The translations under genes were made by a program, and so were the position numbers. Under the pieces are notes generated by a model. The model saw only the letters and a program-made list of their open reading frames with translations. It was not told the origin of the DNA and made no database searches. Of a stretch of DNA of 64,000 nt, positions 1 through 9,770 are shown one piece after another (positions within the stretch are counted from its first letter, which is position 1; every line of letters begins with the position of its first letter). The stretch comes from Candidatus Micrarchaeota archaeon (GTDB lineage Archaea > Micrarchaeota > Micrarchaeia > Micrarchaeales > CABMGC01): NCBI GenBank assembly GCA_021792235.1, contig JAJYVC010000001.1, positions 752 through 64,751 on the forward strand, written 5' to 3'.

Positions 1-2
1 CT

Positions 3-851
3 TATGGAATATATGGGGCAGAGGTGAAAACCAACGGATTTTCGGGATACCTGTGCGAGTTGCTTATACATCATTACGGATCAATCCAGGATCTCATGTC
101 ATCTGCAGTTAAGTTCAGGTTACCTATGGTGATAGAGCCAAGGCAGAGAAACGAATCGAACAGCAAAGAAACTGCATCAAGGTTCAATTCGCAATTCGTG
201 GTGATAGACCCTGTTGATCCGGATCGGAATGTCGCGGCCGGAGTTTCCCTAGAATCACTTTCAAAGTTCGTGCTTGTTGCAAGGAAGTTCGTGCAAAAGC
301 CTGACATAAAACTATTCCACGGCATCGGCTTCTCTCAAGCTCAGGCAAGAGGCATGGTGAAAAAGCTATCCGATTCGGGTCTGGACACGTTCCTGCTGCT
401 TTCACGCGTCCCAGACAAGAGTGAGGACGTGATATATCCACAGCTCAGGAAGGTAAACGGGCAGATATCAAAATGTCTGCAGCAGGAAGGCTTCAGCGTA
501 TACTTCTCCGCACAGATCATATCAGGGAGGGTAGGGGCGATATTCATGGCAGCTCCGAAGCAGAGGCTGGTTTCAAGGCTTCTCAAGGGGCCCACAGTAT
601 TCATACCGGATGCGTCAGATGCTTTTATCAAGAAACACAGGAATGCTCTTGGATTTCCGATCATCGATTCGGAGATATACGCGCTGGAGAAGGCGAGGCT
701 GCAATCCGTAGAGGATGTACTTAGGTCTCTCCCGCGCAGCGTACTTGTCCACAAGGACATAAACCTCTCCAAGATGAGGCTGCTCGTCAACAAGGTGCCA
801 AAGGAATACTCGGTGCTTCTTTATTCAGAGCTGCAGAAGAAGTTTCTCTGA
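3..851 (+). CDS. cca: CCA-adding enzyme (archaeal class I tRNA nucleotidyltransferase), C-terminal part; 5' end lies left of the window
   Basis: Frame is open back to nt 3 (YGIYGAEVKTNGFSGYLCELLIHHYGS...). This matches the conserved GFSGY..ELL..YGS block and tail region of archaeal CCA-adding enzymes. Same frame as track ORF 24-851. Confidence 0.8.
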   Translation, partial: YGIYGAEVKTNGFSGYLCELLIHHYGSIQDLMSSAVKFRLPMVIEPRQRNESNSKETASRFNSQFVVIDPVDPDRNVAAGVSLESLSKFVLVARKFVQKPDIKLFHGIGFSQAQARGMVKKLSDSGLDTFLLLSRVPDKSEDVIYPQLRKVNGQISKCLQQEGFSVYFSAQIISGRVGAIFMAAPKQRLVSRLLKGPTVFIPDASDAFIKKHRNALGFPIIDSEIYALEKARLQSVEDVLRSLPRSVLVHKDINLSKMRLLVNKVPKEYSVLLYSELQKKFL

Positions 852-1409
852 TCATAGCACAGCCTTGCCTAAGTACTGTGCCATCCCATTGAGTTCGCCA
901 AGAAGGTCTATCTCTTCCACCTTGGCGGCCTTGCCGCTTATTATGCCTAGTGCATCCTTCACCGTACTGTCGCTTCCCAATATCTCGTATACTCTGCCGT
1001 AATTCCTCGCAGCATTTACGCCGCAGTAATCTATAGCCTCAGATACTATGTTCTCCTCTATCTTCTGCCTCCTATAGCCACGCTTCTCCATCCTGGAAAG
1101 GAGCGTCCTGAGGTGTTCCCTTATGACTATCGCAACCGCACCCCTTATCCTCATGTCGCACAGGAGATGTCCCTCGATTATCACTGTGTCTGACTTGCTC
1201 TTCACTACCCTTTTCTCTATTTCTGACTTCAATCCCTTCATGTCTGCCACCATCTCACCATCTTCGGAGTGGCCAGAGAACAAGTGTTTTTCCTTTACGA
1301 GGTCGTTAGATTTTATGAGTTCTGATCCTCTTATCGACTTTGCGAGTCTCTCGGACAACGCAGTCTTTCCAGACGCAGGTGTGCCTGTTATCACTATTAT
1401 CTTCTTCAT
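852..1409 (-). CDS. adenylate kinase-like P-loop NTPase (AK6/Fap7 family)
   Basis: 185 aa. Walker A GTPASGKT at the N-terminus. Size and layout (IIEGHL, C-terminal lid region) are typical of archaeal AK6/Fap7-type kinases. Confidence 0.7.
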   Translation of the reverse strand: MKKIIVITGTPASGKTALSERLAKSIRGSELIKSNDLVKEKHLFSGHSEDGEMVADMKGLKSEIEKRVVKSKSDTVIIEGHLLCDMRIRGAVAIVIREHLRTLLSRMEKRGYRRQKIEENIVSEAIDYCGVNAARNYGRVYEILGSDSTVKDALGIISGKAAKVEEIDLLGELNGMAQYLGKAVL

Positions 1410-1421
1410 GAAGCCACCGGT

Positions 1422-2036
1422 TTAGGCGCCAAAGAACCTTCCTGATATGTCATCAAGCATGCTCGTTATCGTATCCCTTGAATTTTCGACTTGAACTATG
1501 ATGCTCTCTGGTGGCTGCACCGAAATAACATGCGTCTTGCTGCCGGAGAAAACCCAGTTGCCTATTCTGTACTTCCTGTAGCTGTCGGAGAGATCACACA
1601 CGTAGTTGGACTCGTTAACGAGCTTCGTTATCAGCATGTCGGCCTGCCCGTCGTACTTATCTATGTATATTGTTTCTGGGTTGGAATTGCCAAGGTCCAT
1701 GTCCACTGGTTTAAGGAAGGGCACCCTAGCTATGCCTGCCCTGCTACTAACTGTCTGGTTTATCTGTGAGTACAGCGAATCAACAGATTCGAGCTGCTTG
1801 GTCAATTCTACTTCCTCATCCTTTAATCCGGCAAGAGTATCCTCGAAATATGAGGTCACATCTGCTTTTATCTTATCTATGGTGTCTGCCATATTCTCCA
1901 CATTCTCGAATTCCTCCGGGTGGAGCAGGAGCTTCCTTAGGCTGACATTGTAGTTCTTGGTAGTGTCCGTGTCTATGTCATTTACGAATGCGTCAGTCTG
2001 GCTGTCCCAGGGCAGCTCACCGTCATCTTCAGCCAT
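1422..2036 (-). CDS. hypothetical protein with acidic N-terminus
   Basis: 204-aa ORF packed between neighbouring genes with normal composition. No motif I recognise. Confidence 0.45.
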   Translation of the reverse strand: MAEDDGELPWDSQTDAFVNDIDTDTTKNYNVSLRKLLLHPEEFENVENMADTIDKIKADVTSYFEDTLAGLKDEEVELTKQLESVDSLYSQINQTVSSRAGIARVPFLKPVDMDLGNSNPETIYIDKYDGQADMLITKLVNESNYVCDLSDSYRKYRIGNWVFSGSKTHVISVQPPESIIVQVENSRDTITSMLDDISGRFFGA

Positions 2037-2078
2037 AAAACCATGACCATATGGCAGCTTAAGTTAATAAATAATGTG

Positions 2079-3602
2079 CTATTTGGTCTCTTCTCCAGGC
2101 CATATGTTAGCGTTGCGCACGTCAAGCACTATGGTCTTCATGTTTGTGAATTCCTCTATGCTGTAGCCTACGCCCTCCCTGCCGAGTCCGCTTTCCTTGA
2201 CTCCACCGAAAGGGAAGAAGCCTATTCCATGCGCTGGGAAGTTGTTTATGGTGACTTCGCCAACTTCAAGCCTCTTAGCCACCTTCCATGCATGGTTTAT
2301 GTTCATCGTAAACACTGCAGAATCTAGACCATACTTCGAGCTGTTAGCTATTCCTATCGCGTCCTCGATGTTTCTGAATTTGTGCACTGTCACGACCGGG
2401 CCGAATGTCTCTTCCTTCATTATCCTGGCATCGAGCGGCACATCAAGCAGGAGCGTAGGTTCTATAAAATTACCATCTGCTTTTCCTCCATGAGCAAGCG
2501 TTGCCCCTCTTTCGACTGCGTCGTTTATCAGGGCCATTACCCTTTCTGCGGATTCGTGGTCAATGAGCGGACCCACCTTGCTCCTCTCATTTCTTGGATC
2601 CCCGTGCACCCACTTTCCTATTCCTTCCTTCAGCAGTCCGTAGAATTTCTCCGATACGCCTTCTTGTACGAGTACGCAGCTCACTGCGTCGCAGCGCTGG
2701 CCAGCGTTCTTGAGCGATCCTGCAAGCACCTTTGCGGCTGCATTATCAAGATCCGCGTCATCGAGCACTATCGCGCATCCTTTGCCTCCGAGTTCTAGGT
2801 GCATCTTCTTTATACCAGAGGTTTTGGACAGCTCCTCTCCTGTCTCCGTGCTGCCAGTGAAAGTGACCATGTTTACCTTCTGGTTCCTTGCCATCCTGCT
2901 TCCTACCGCTCCCCTGCCGGTTATGAGATTGAATGCGCCTGCAGGCAGTCCTGCAGCTTCGAGTATCCTTGCCATGAGTATTCCCGGAACCGGGTCTACG
3001 CTGGCGGGCTTGGCTATCACTGCATTTCCAGCGAGCAGTGCAGGTATTACCTTTGTGTACGATATGAACAGTGGGTAGTTGAATGGAGGTATCGCAAGCA
3101 CTACTCCTACTGGTTCCCTTATAACCATTGCCACCTTGCCAAGGTTCTCCTCTGCCCAGTCGCCGGGTATATAATCTCCGTATATCTTCCTGGCATCCTG
3201 GAACGATAGCCTAAGCCTGTTTCTCGTCGCGCTTACTTCTCCATTCGCATCGGCAAGCGTCTTGCCATTGTTCACTACTATGGCATCTACCATCTCCTTC
3301 CTGTGCTCTTCGAGCAGCTCGGATGCCTTCACCATTATGTTGAGCCGTTCGATGGCAGGCAGGCCGCGTATCGACCTCCTTGCACCGTGCGCATCCTCTA
3401 CTGCCTTGTCCGCTTCTGTGTCTCCGGCAGCGGACATCTTCGCTATAACCGAGCCGTCTATAGGGCTTCTTACGTCGATAAGCTTCCTTCCCTCAGGAAA
3501 GATCCATCGGCCCCCTGAGAAGAGCTTGAAGCAAGGTATTCCGGAGCCGTCCAGTTCATACGTGCCATCGAATAGTTTGCCGAGCTTGAGCGCAGGTTTC
3601 AT
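2079..3602 (-). CDS. NAD(P)+-dependent aldehyde dehydrogenase (GapN-like / glyceraldehyde dehydrogenase-like)
   Basis: 507 aa. ALDH catalytic blocks LELGGKGCAIV (Glu) and NAGQRCDAVS (Cys), plus C-terminal EETFGPV and PFGGVKESG motifs. Confidence 0.85.
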   Translation of the reverse strand: MKPALKLGKLFDGTYELDGSGIPCFKLFSGGRWIFPEGRKLIDVRSPIDGSVIAKMSAAGDTEADKAVEDAHGARRSIRGLPAIERLNIMVKASELLEEHRKEMVDAIVVNNGKTLADANGEVSATRNRLRLSFQDARKIYGDYIPGDWAEENLGKVAMVIREPVGVVLAIPPFNYPLFISYTKVIPALLAGNAVIAKPASVDPVPGILMARILEAAGLPAGAFNLITGRGAVGSRMARNQKVNMVTFTGSTETGEELSKTSGIKKMHLELGGKGCAIVLDDADLDNAAAKVLAGSLKNAGQRCDAVSCVLVQEGVSEKFYGLLKEGIGKWVHGDPRNERSKVGPLIDHESAERVMALINDAVERGATLAHGGKADGNFIEPTLLLDVPLDARIMKEETFGPVVTVHKFRNIEDAIGIANSSKYGLDSAVFTMNINHAWKVAKRLEVGEVTINNFPAHGIGFFPFGGVKESGLGREGVGYSIEEFTNMKTIVLDVRNANIWPGEETK

Positions 3603-3739
3603 ATATTATCACTTCCAATCAAGCGGAATTAATTGCTAATAGTTAAATTAGCTGGTCTCCTACTCGTCTTTTGCCGAACTGCGCAGGGAATCGGGGCATG
3701 CAGCAACATATATTATGCTTGGCTGAGAACTATACGTCG

Positions 3740-4663
3740 ATGCAATCGGACAAGGCAGCTCTGGACTTTGCATACCGCTATCCCTTCTCCAATGAGGCAA
3801 GGGAGATCATAGCCGGAGCTTCGCAAGGTCTTGACGAAAGGCTGGTAAGGGCAGGCAGGGAGCGGGTCGAGCAGGACCTGAACTCCGAATCGTTCTCTTA
3901 TTCCAGCATAAGCATGCCAGAGATAAAGATGGCATATGTCCTAAGCTATGTATACTCCAGGATGATAATAAGTGCAATAGGGAACAGGATGCACCTCGAG
4001 CGCTACATAGTTTCCGAGGCGCGCAGGGCCGGCAGTGCGCTTGAGAGGGACAGCATGCCAAACCTCCTCAGGCTGCTTGGAGAGCTGGGCATGGAGATGA
4101 GCTATTCTCAGGAGCGCTTCATAATCGGATTTGCAAAGTTCCTGAAGCTTTCGTCGAGATCAGCGGAGCTGAGCCTTGCGAAGCAGGAACTGGAGAAAGG
4201 CCTGGTGTACCTTAGCAAGGATAACACTATCAGGCTCATGGAGAATGCGATAGCCGAAGAGATAAGGAAGAAGCTGCCTATTCCCCAGAGCGAGCTCCCA
4301 AAGCGCATAATCGAGGAGGCTAAGGGCGTGAGGCTACCCAAGCTTGATATAAGGGTCGAGGTAAGGGAAGGTAGCTATAAGTGGATAGAGAAGATACTCT
4401 CAAACCCGATAGGCGATGTCAGGCACAGGACGGTCAATCTCATACTTGCGCCATATCTTGTCAACATTAAGGGCATGGACGAGGAGAAGGCTGCCGAAGT
4501 GATAATGGATTTTATAGAGCGGTGCAAGCAGATAAATCCCGACACGCGGGTAAATTCCTCCTACATAAAATACCAGTGCAGGTATGCCAAGTTGAAGGGC
4601 CTCAAGCCCCTCTCCCTCGATAAGGCCAGGGAGCTCTACCGCGGAGTGCTGGATCTTGAGTGA
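3740..4663 (+). CDS. priL: DNA primase large subunit PriL
   Basis: The ORF track starts at TTG 3671. ATG 3740 (MQSDKAALDFAYRYPFS...) sits behind an AT-rich box and fits archaeal PriL N-termini. The helical PriL-like body ends in YIKYQCRYAKLKG. Confidence 0.75.
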   Translation: MQSDKAALDFAYRYPFSNEAREIIAGASQGLDERLVRAGRERVEQDLNSESFSYSSISMPEIKMAYVLSYVYSRMIISAIGNRMHLERYIVSEARRAGSALERDSMPNLLRLLGELGMEMSYSQERFIIGFAKFLKLSSRSAELSLAKQELEKGLVYLSKDNTIRLMENAIAEEIRKKLPIPQSELPKRIIEEAKGVRLPKLDIRVEVREGSYKWIEKILSNPIGDVRHRTVNLILAPYLVNIKGMDEEKAAEVIMDFIERCKQINPDTRVNSSYIKYQCRYAKLKGLKPLSLDKARELYRGVLDLE

Positions 4664-4667
4664 TGCT

Positions 4668-4802
4668 ATGTCAGAGACAAAGGAGTTATGCCACACATGC
4701 GGCAAGGCTGCTGAGAGCACATGCAGGATGTGCGGCAGGCCGACATGCAGCAAGCACCTCAAGGGAGGCATGTGCGAGTCGTGCCTCAAGGGCAGGTCGT
4801 AG
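4668..4802 (+). CDS. small Cys-rich zinc-finger protein (44 aa), missed by the ORF track
   Basis: ATG lies 4 nt after the priL stop. Translation MSETKELCHTCGKAAESTCRMCGRPTCSKHLKGGMCESCLKGRS has CxxC-x7-CxxC-x4-C-x2-H-x5-CxxC. Confidence 0.5.
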   Translation: MSETKELCHTCGKAAESTCRMCGRPTCSKHLKGGMCESCLKGRS

Positions 4803-4853
4803 CTGCCATAAATTCATGCGCCAGTCTCTTGTGGATTGTCATTTGCTATACTA

Positions 4854-5141
4854 TCAGACTGCGAAGTCTGTTGCAGAAGTGCCTCTTGGGAAGGCCCTGC
4901 CGTTCTGTGCCTCCACAGGCAGACCCATCTCCTCAGCTATCTTGGTCAACTCGGATATATCAACAAGCCTGTCAGTTGCCAGTACCACGAACGTAACATT
5001 GCCCATCGTCTCCCTCTTTATGCTAAACGTGAGCTGCTGGAACATGCCGTTGCGCACTACCCTTATCTTGAACGATCCCTTTGCCATGGCCTCCTTGGCC
5101 TTCTGTGACAGCTCCATCTGACCCGCCAACATCTGAACCAT
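4854..5141 (-). CDS. hypothetical small protein
   Basis: 95-aa ORF with balanced composition, convergent with the priL/zinc-finger unit. No recognised motif. Confidence 0.4.
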   Translation of the reverse strand: MVQMLAGQMELSQKAKEAMAKGSFKIRVVRNGMFQQLTFSIKRETMGNVTFVVLATDRLVDISELTKIAEEMGLPVEAQNGRAFPRGTSATDFAV

Positions 5142-5187
5142 TTCACTCCGCTATGAATATATAGATTTTCTTTATATTATCTAAATC

Positions 5188-5556
5188 ATGGATTCTGGTA
5201 TACTTGCAGCATTCATCTTCATACTCTTTTCAGTTCTCACTCCAGTCTCCCTCATACTGACATCCAGGATGCTCAGGGGGAGCACGAAGAGGAATCCAGT
5301 CAAGGACACTCCTTACGAGAGCGCAGAGGAGAGCAGAGGCAGCAGGATAAGCATAATGAACGAGTACCTGCATTACTTCTCCATGTTTATAGCCTTCGAG
5401 ATAATAGTCACGGTGGTGCTGGTCTGGGCACCGGTCTCCAAGTCGGTTTCATTCCTGCCCAGCGTTGCAGTAATGGGTCTTATAGCAGGGGGGATAGTAT
5501 TGGAGGCATTCCTACTCCTTATAGCAAGAATGGTGGAACACGAAAATGGAGGATGA
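5188..5556 (+). CDS. nuoA: NADH-quinone oxidoreductase subunit A
   Basis: 122 aa, three TM helices, conserved PYESAEE (YECG-like) loop. First gene of the nuo run. Confidence 0.85.
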   Translation: MDSGILAAFIFILFSVLTPVSLILTSRMLRGSTKRNPVKDTPYESAEESRGSRISIMNEYLHYFSMFIAFEIIVTVVLVWAPVSKSVSFLPSVAVMGLIAGGIVLEAFLLLIARMVEHENGG

Positions 5557-6127
5557 TAAAATCGATACTAATAGCGAGGAGTTCACAGACGCCAAGAAGG
5601 AGATGGACAAGCTAGTGTACGAATCGGTGAAGGATCGCGAGATAAAGCCAAATGTCATATTTGCGAAGCTATCTGATTTCACGCGCTCAATGCCGATTAC
5701 CAAGGGCGTAGTGAACTGGGCAAGGGTAAACTCGATGTGGCCCATGATGTTCGGCCTGGCGTGCTGCGCCATAGAGCTCATGGATTTCGGATCCGCCAGG
5801 ATAGATGCGGAGAGGAAGGGATATCTCCTGTTTAGGGGCACTCCGCGGCAGTGCGATGTGATCATAGTGGCTGGGTGGGTGACCAAGTCAATGGTGCCAG
5901 AGATAAAACGGCTCTACGAGCAGATGGAAAAGCCGCGCTACGTAATCGCCTTCGGCGAATGCGCTACTTGCGGCGGACCATGGTGGGAGAGCTACAATAT
6001 AATAAAAGGTATAGATGAGGTCCTTCCTGTTGACGTCTTCGTCGCCGGATGCCCTCCGAGGCCGGAGAATCTTTTCGCCGCTCTCATGAAACTGCAGAAG
6101 AAGGTTGGTGGTAATGTTGAAGGCTGA
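5546..6127 (+). CDS. nuoB: NADH-quinone oxidoreductase subunit B (N2 Fe-S subunit)
   Basis: WPMMFGLACCAIELM, GECATCGGPW and AGCPPRPE motifs. Carries a ~45-aa charged N-terminal extension. Confidence 0.9.
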   Translation: MEDDKIDTNSEEFTDAKKEMDKLVYESVKDREIKPNVIFAKLSDFTRSMPITKGVVNWARVNSMWPMMFGLACCAIELMDFGSARIDAERKGYLLFRGTPRQCDVIIVAGWVTKSMVPEIKRLYEQMEKPRYVIAFGECATCGGPWWESYNIIKGIDEVLPVDVFVAGCPPRPENLFAALMKLQKKVGGNVEG

Positions 6128-6494
6128 AAGGGATTCACTGGTGGAGACGGTAAGCAAGATGAAGTCAGAGGGATTCAGCTATCTCGTCAAGATCACTGCG
6201 GTTGACTATGTCGATCATATAGATTCCATATACATATTGAGAAACATTGACTCTCGCAAGGACGAGATACTCGAGGTTACTCTTTTGCCATCCGACCTGT
6301 GGGTGCCAACAATAATGGGCATACATGAATCGGCGGACTGGTACGAGAGGGAGATGTCAGAGATGTTCGGGATAGAGATCAGGGGCAGGAAGGCCCCGAG
6401 GCTGCTCCTTGAAAAGTGGGACGGAGTAGACCCGCCGCTGAGGAAGAGCTTCACTTGGTACGCCCCATACAAGACAAAGGATGATCCGAAATGA
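6105..6494 (+). CDS. nuoC: NADH-quinone oxidoreductase subunit C (short form)
   Basis: ESADWYEREMSEMFGI motif typical of NuoC/30 kDa subunit. Overlaps the nuoB stop; the first ATG is at 6111. Confidence 0.8.
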   Translation: MVVMLKAERDSLVETVSKMKSEGFSYLVKITAVDYVDHIDSIYILRNIDSRKDEILEVTLLPSDLWVPTIMGIHESADWYEREMSEMFGIEIRGRKAPRLLLEKWDGVDPPLRKSFTWYAPYKTKDDPK

Positions 6495-7585
6495 CGATAA
6501 CAAGGATAAATGTAGGCCCAGTGCATCCTAGCACGCACGGTGTTATACGGCTGGTGGTTGACCTAGAAGGCGATACCATAGTTCATGTGGAGCCAAGGAT
6601 AGGCTTCCTGCACAGGGGCGTCGAAAAGCTTGCAGAGACCAGGATGTACATGCAGATTCCTCCATACACGGAGAAGCTGGACTACATAGCTCCGATGTCG
6701 TATGACGAGGCATACGTTGCAACTGTCGAGGCTGCCATGAACGTGCAGGTTAGCGAAAGGGCCCAATACATACGAGTGATACTGCTAGAGCTCCAGCGCC
6801 TGGCCAGCCATCTTCTGAGCATCGGACTCCTTTGCAACGACCTGGGCCAGATGTTCACTGGATTCATGTGGACCTTCAAGGACAGGGACATAGTACTCGA
6901 TCTGCTACAGGAGGCTGCAGGTTCAAGGATGTTCTACGTAAACATGAGGCTCGGCGGCATGCGCGAGGACCTTCCGGCAGATTTCATCGAACACACACTG
7001 AGCACGCTCAAGTACCTTGAACATAGGATACCAATGTATGTATCCTATCTGGAGAAGAATCCGATATTCATTGAAAGGATGAAGGGAGTCGGTGTGGTGA
7101 CTAAGGAAGAGGCACTGGACTTAGGCGTCACAGGACCCGTGCTAAGGGCATCTGGGGTGGACTATGATGTCAGGAGGAACAACCCGTATTACGTTTATCC
7201 GAAATTACACTTCAATCCTAAGTATCTGCAGTCGGGAGACAACTTCGCCAGGTACAAGGTGAGGATACTTGAGATGCAGGAGAGCATACGCATCATCAGA
7301 CTGGCCCTCAAGGATATCCCGGAAGGCAATGCTCTCGGAGCTCCCATCAAGCTCAGGAGCCCAAATCCGGTGAACAGGATATCTGTTGTCAGCAGGGAGC
7401 TGCCCAGGGGCGAATGCTTGATGTACATGGTGGCCGATCCGCAGAAGCCGTACCGGCTCTCGATAAGGTCGCCTAACATGATAAATCTGGCGGCGATAGA
7501 CCACATCTCCAGGGGCGCAAGATATGCGGACCTGTTCTCGATACTCGGCACCCTTGACATAGTAATGGGATGCGTGGATAGATAG
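6491..7585 (+). CDS. nuoD: NADH-quinone oxidoreductase subunit D
   Basis: 364 aa. N-terminal NVGPVHPSTHGVIRL and GFLHRGVEKL, C-terminal DIVMGCVDR. These are classic NuoD/49 kDa blocks. Confidence 0.92.
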   Translation: MTITRINVGPVHPSTHGVIRLVVDLEGDTIVHVEPRIGFLHRGVEKLAETRMYMQIPPYTEKLDYIAPMSYDEAYVATVEAAMNVQVSERAQYIRVILLELQRLASHLLSIGLLCNDLGQMFTGFMWTFKDRDIVLDLLQEAAGSRMFYVNMRLGGMREDLPADFIEHTLSTLKYLEHRIPMYVSYLEKNPIFIERMKGVGVVTKEEALDLGVTGPVLRASGVDYDVRRNNPYYVYPKLHFNPKYLQSGDNFARYKVRILEMQESIRIIRLALKDIPEGNALGAPIKLRSPNPVNRISVVSRELPRGECLMYMVADPQKPYRLSIRSPNMINLAAIDHISRGARYADLFSILGTLDIVMGCVDR

Positions 7586-7586
7586 C

Positions 7587-8606
7587 ATGACACTACAGAC
7601 CGACTTGGCAAACCTCTTCAACATACCTTACTGGATGAGCTCTGCAAACATAGTGCACAACATCATAGGAATAATAGTGTACATGATAGTGGTATCCATA
7701 GTATTCTCAATATTCGGATACATGGTCGGCTGGCTAGAGAGGAAGGTCATAGCCAGGGCGCAGTACAGGCACGGCCCCACGTACGTGGGCATGTGGGGAC
7801 TGTTCCAGAACCTTGCCGATCTGATAAAGCTGCTCGCAAAACAGGACGTTGTGCCAGAGTATGCAGACAGGGTTCTGCTTGCAGCTTCCCTTCCTGTTAT
7901 ACTTGCGCTTTCTATGTTCATAGTGCTTCTTCTGCCATACTCTCCGAGCCTTACTGCCACAAGCTTCGGCTTCGGCCTTCTGATGATATTCACCCTAATT
8001 TCATTCTTCCCCCTGCTTCTATTCACTGCGGCTTTCGGGAGCGGCAACAAGTTTGCAGACATAAGCGCACAGAGATCCGTGCTCATACTACTGAGCTACG
8101 AGCTCCCAATACTGTTGGTTCTTGCATCCGTCGTCGCACTGTCTGGCAGCTACAACCTCTCAGGCATAGTGTCAGCGCAGTCATCAAGCCATTACTTCGC
8201 ACTCCTCATGCCTATAGGGTTCGTCGTGTTCTTCATAGCCATGCTCGCCGAGTTCGACAGGCCGCCATTCGATCTTAGGGAAGCTGATTCAGAACTAATA
8301 GCTGGATGGCTTACAGACGTCAGCGCACCATACTATGCGCTGGCGCTCTTCCTTGACTATGCAAGGATGTTCATGGGCAGCATAATAATAGCCATACTCT
8401 TCTTCGGCGGATGGCTCGGCCCATCAATCCTGCCGCCGTTCGCGTGGATCCTGATAAAGGCTTTGATAATAGCGTTCGCCATCATAATAATTAGGGCAAC
8501 AGCGTTTAGGATGAGGATAGACCGCGTGCTTAGGTTCGGGTGGGCGTGGATGATACCGCTCTCATTAATAAATCTTTTAATAACATATATGATATTTGTC
8601 AGGTAA
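7587..8606 (+). CDS. nuoH: NADH-quinone oxidoreductase subunit H
   Basis: 339 aa polytopic membrane protein. RKVIARAQYRHGP, AEFDRPPFDL and E.ELIAGW motifs of NuoH/ND1. Confidence 0.9.
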   Translation: MTLQTDLANLFNIPYWMSSANIVHNIIGIIVYMIVVSIVFSIFGYMVGWLERKVIARAQYRHGPTYVGMWGLFQNLADLIKLLAKQDVVPEYADRVLLAASLPVILALSMFIVLLLPYSPSLTATSFGFGLLMIFTLISFFPLLLFTAAFGSGNKFADISAQRSVLILLSYELPILLVLASVVALSGSYNLSGIVSAQSSSHYFALLMPIGFVVFFIAMLAEFDRPPFDLREADSELIAGWLTDVSAPYYALALFLDYARMFMGSIIIAILFFGGWLGPSILPPFAWILIKALIIAFAIIIIRATAFRMRIDRVLRFGWAWMIPLSLINLLITYMIFVR

Positions 8607-8610
8607 TTCT

Positions 8611-8973
8611 ATGTTAGGTCCGCTTGCGAAGACACTCAAGGTATCCCTTCTGGAAAAGAGGTATACGACAGAGTTTCCCGAGCACAGGGAGCCACTGCCT
8701 GACAGCTACAGGGGAAGGCTCAGACTCGATATGGACACATGCATAAGCTGCTCGGCGTGCGCCATAATCTGCCCGAACAAGACAATAACGATGGTGAAGG
8801 TGCTCACGGACAAGGGCGACAAGATAATGCCTCAGGTTGGGCATGAAAGATGCCTCTTCTGCGCCCTGTGTGAGGAGGTATGTCCTCCAAAATGCCTGAC
8901 TCTCACCAAGAGCTATGACTATGAGACTTATGATAAGAGGGAACTTGTAACAAGGCCCGAGGAGCTGGATTAG
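8611..8973 (+). CDS. nuoI: NADH-quinone oxidoreductase subunit I (2x[4Fe-4S])
   Basis: CISCSACAIICP and CLFCALCEEVCP ferredoxin motifs. ATG 8611 lies 5 nt after the nuoH stop; the track uses TTG 8596. Confidence 0.9.
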   Translation: MLGPLAKTLKVSLLEKRYTTEFPEHREPLPDSYRGRLRLDMDTCISCSACAIICPNKTITMVKVLTDKGDKIMPQVGHERCLFCALCEEVCPPKCLTLTKSYDYETYDKRELVTRPEELD

Positions 8974-8975
8974 TC

Positions 8976-9458
8976 ATGGCCCTGGACACGTATGCTTTTG
9001 GAATCGTAGCCGCAATAACCCTGATATCCGCAGTGTTAGTGTTCGTCGAACGCAAGCTGATACACGCAGTCATTGCGCTTTCAGTGGCATTCCTTGGCAG
9101 TGCGCTTCTATTCTTTCTTATAGGGCAGACGCTGCCTGCGCTTCTACAGCTTGTAGTATTCGTCGGTGGATTCTCTACGTACCTGATAGTGGCCGTGGCA
9201 ACAGAGGAGAAGCGTGCCAATCTGGTAAGCTTCAGGAACTTCCTGGTCCTGTCCTTAATACTCTCAGTGGGCATTGGGGTATTCCTTCTTAGGTATCTTC
9301 CAGTAAGCAACACGAATCTGGCTACCAACTTCCTGAACGTGTCCGCGTCGTCATTCGAGCAGTACTACGCCGTGTTCTATCTAATGCTCCTGCTGCTCTT
9401 CGCAGTATCAATAAGCAGCGTGCTGATAATAAGGAAGTTCTCAAGGCTGGTGGTCTAG
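8976..9458 (+). CDS. nuoJ: NADH-quinone oxidoreductase subunit J
   Basis: 160 aa, 5 TM. Position between nuoI and nuoK and a NuoJ-like hydrophobic pattern. Confidence 0.75.
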   Translation: MALDTYAFGIVAAITLISAVLVFVERKLIHAVIALSVAFLGSALLFFLIGQTLPALLQLVVFVGGFSTYLIVAVATEEKRANLVSFRNFLVLSLILSVGIGVFLLRYLPVSNTNLATNFLNVSASSFEQYYAVFYLMLLLLFAVSISSVLIIRKFSRLVV

Positions 9459-9767
9459 ATGATAATACTACTTTACATATATGCTCTGGCCATCGCGCTC
9501 TTTTCCATCGGCCTTGCCGGAATAGCTGTTGACCGTCATCTAGTAGTGATAATGCTGGCCGTCGAACTCATGTTCGTAGCCAGTTCAATAGCTCTCATAG
9601 GATACTTCTCTTACGGAGCCACGGCGAATCCTGGCGCTGTCGTGATGCTTTTTGCCATATTCGCAGTTGCTGCAGTGGAAATAATAGCGGTCATAGCATT
9701 CTACATATACATGAAGCATAACCGCATAGAATTTGATGTTACAAAGTTGTCGAGGCTGAAGTGGTAG
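9459..9767 (+). CDS. nuoK: NADH-quinone oxidoreductase subunit K
   Basis: 102 aa, 3 TM, with intramembrane Glu residues (MLAVELMF, AAVEIIA) as in NuoK/ND4L. Confidence 0.8.
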   Translation: MIILLYIYALAIALFSIGLAGIAVDRHLVVIMLAVELMFVASSIALIGYFSYGATANPGAVVMLFAIFAVAAVEIIAVIAFYIYMKHNRIEFDVTKLSRLKW

Positions 9768-9770
9768 AGT

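Noticed and set aside
4660-5121. 153-aa plus-strand ORF (and nested 91- and 90-aa ORFs) after priL
   Set aside because: Arg/Ala/Cys-rich and out of frame with the coherent 44-aa zinc-finger ORF. Overlaps the more plausible minus-strand ORF 4854-5141.
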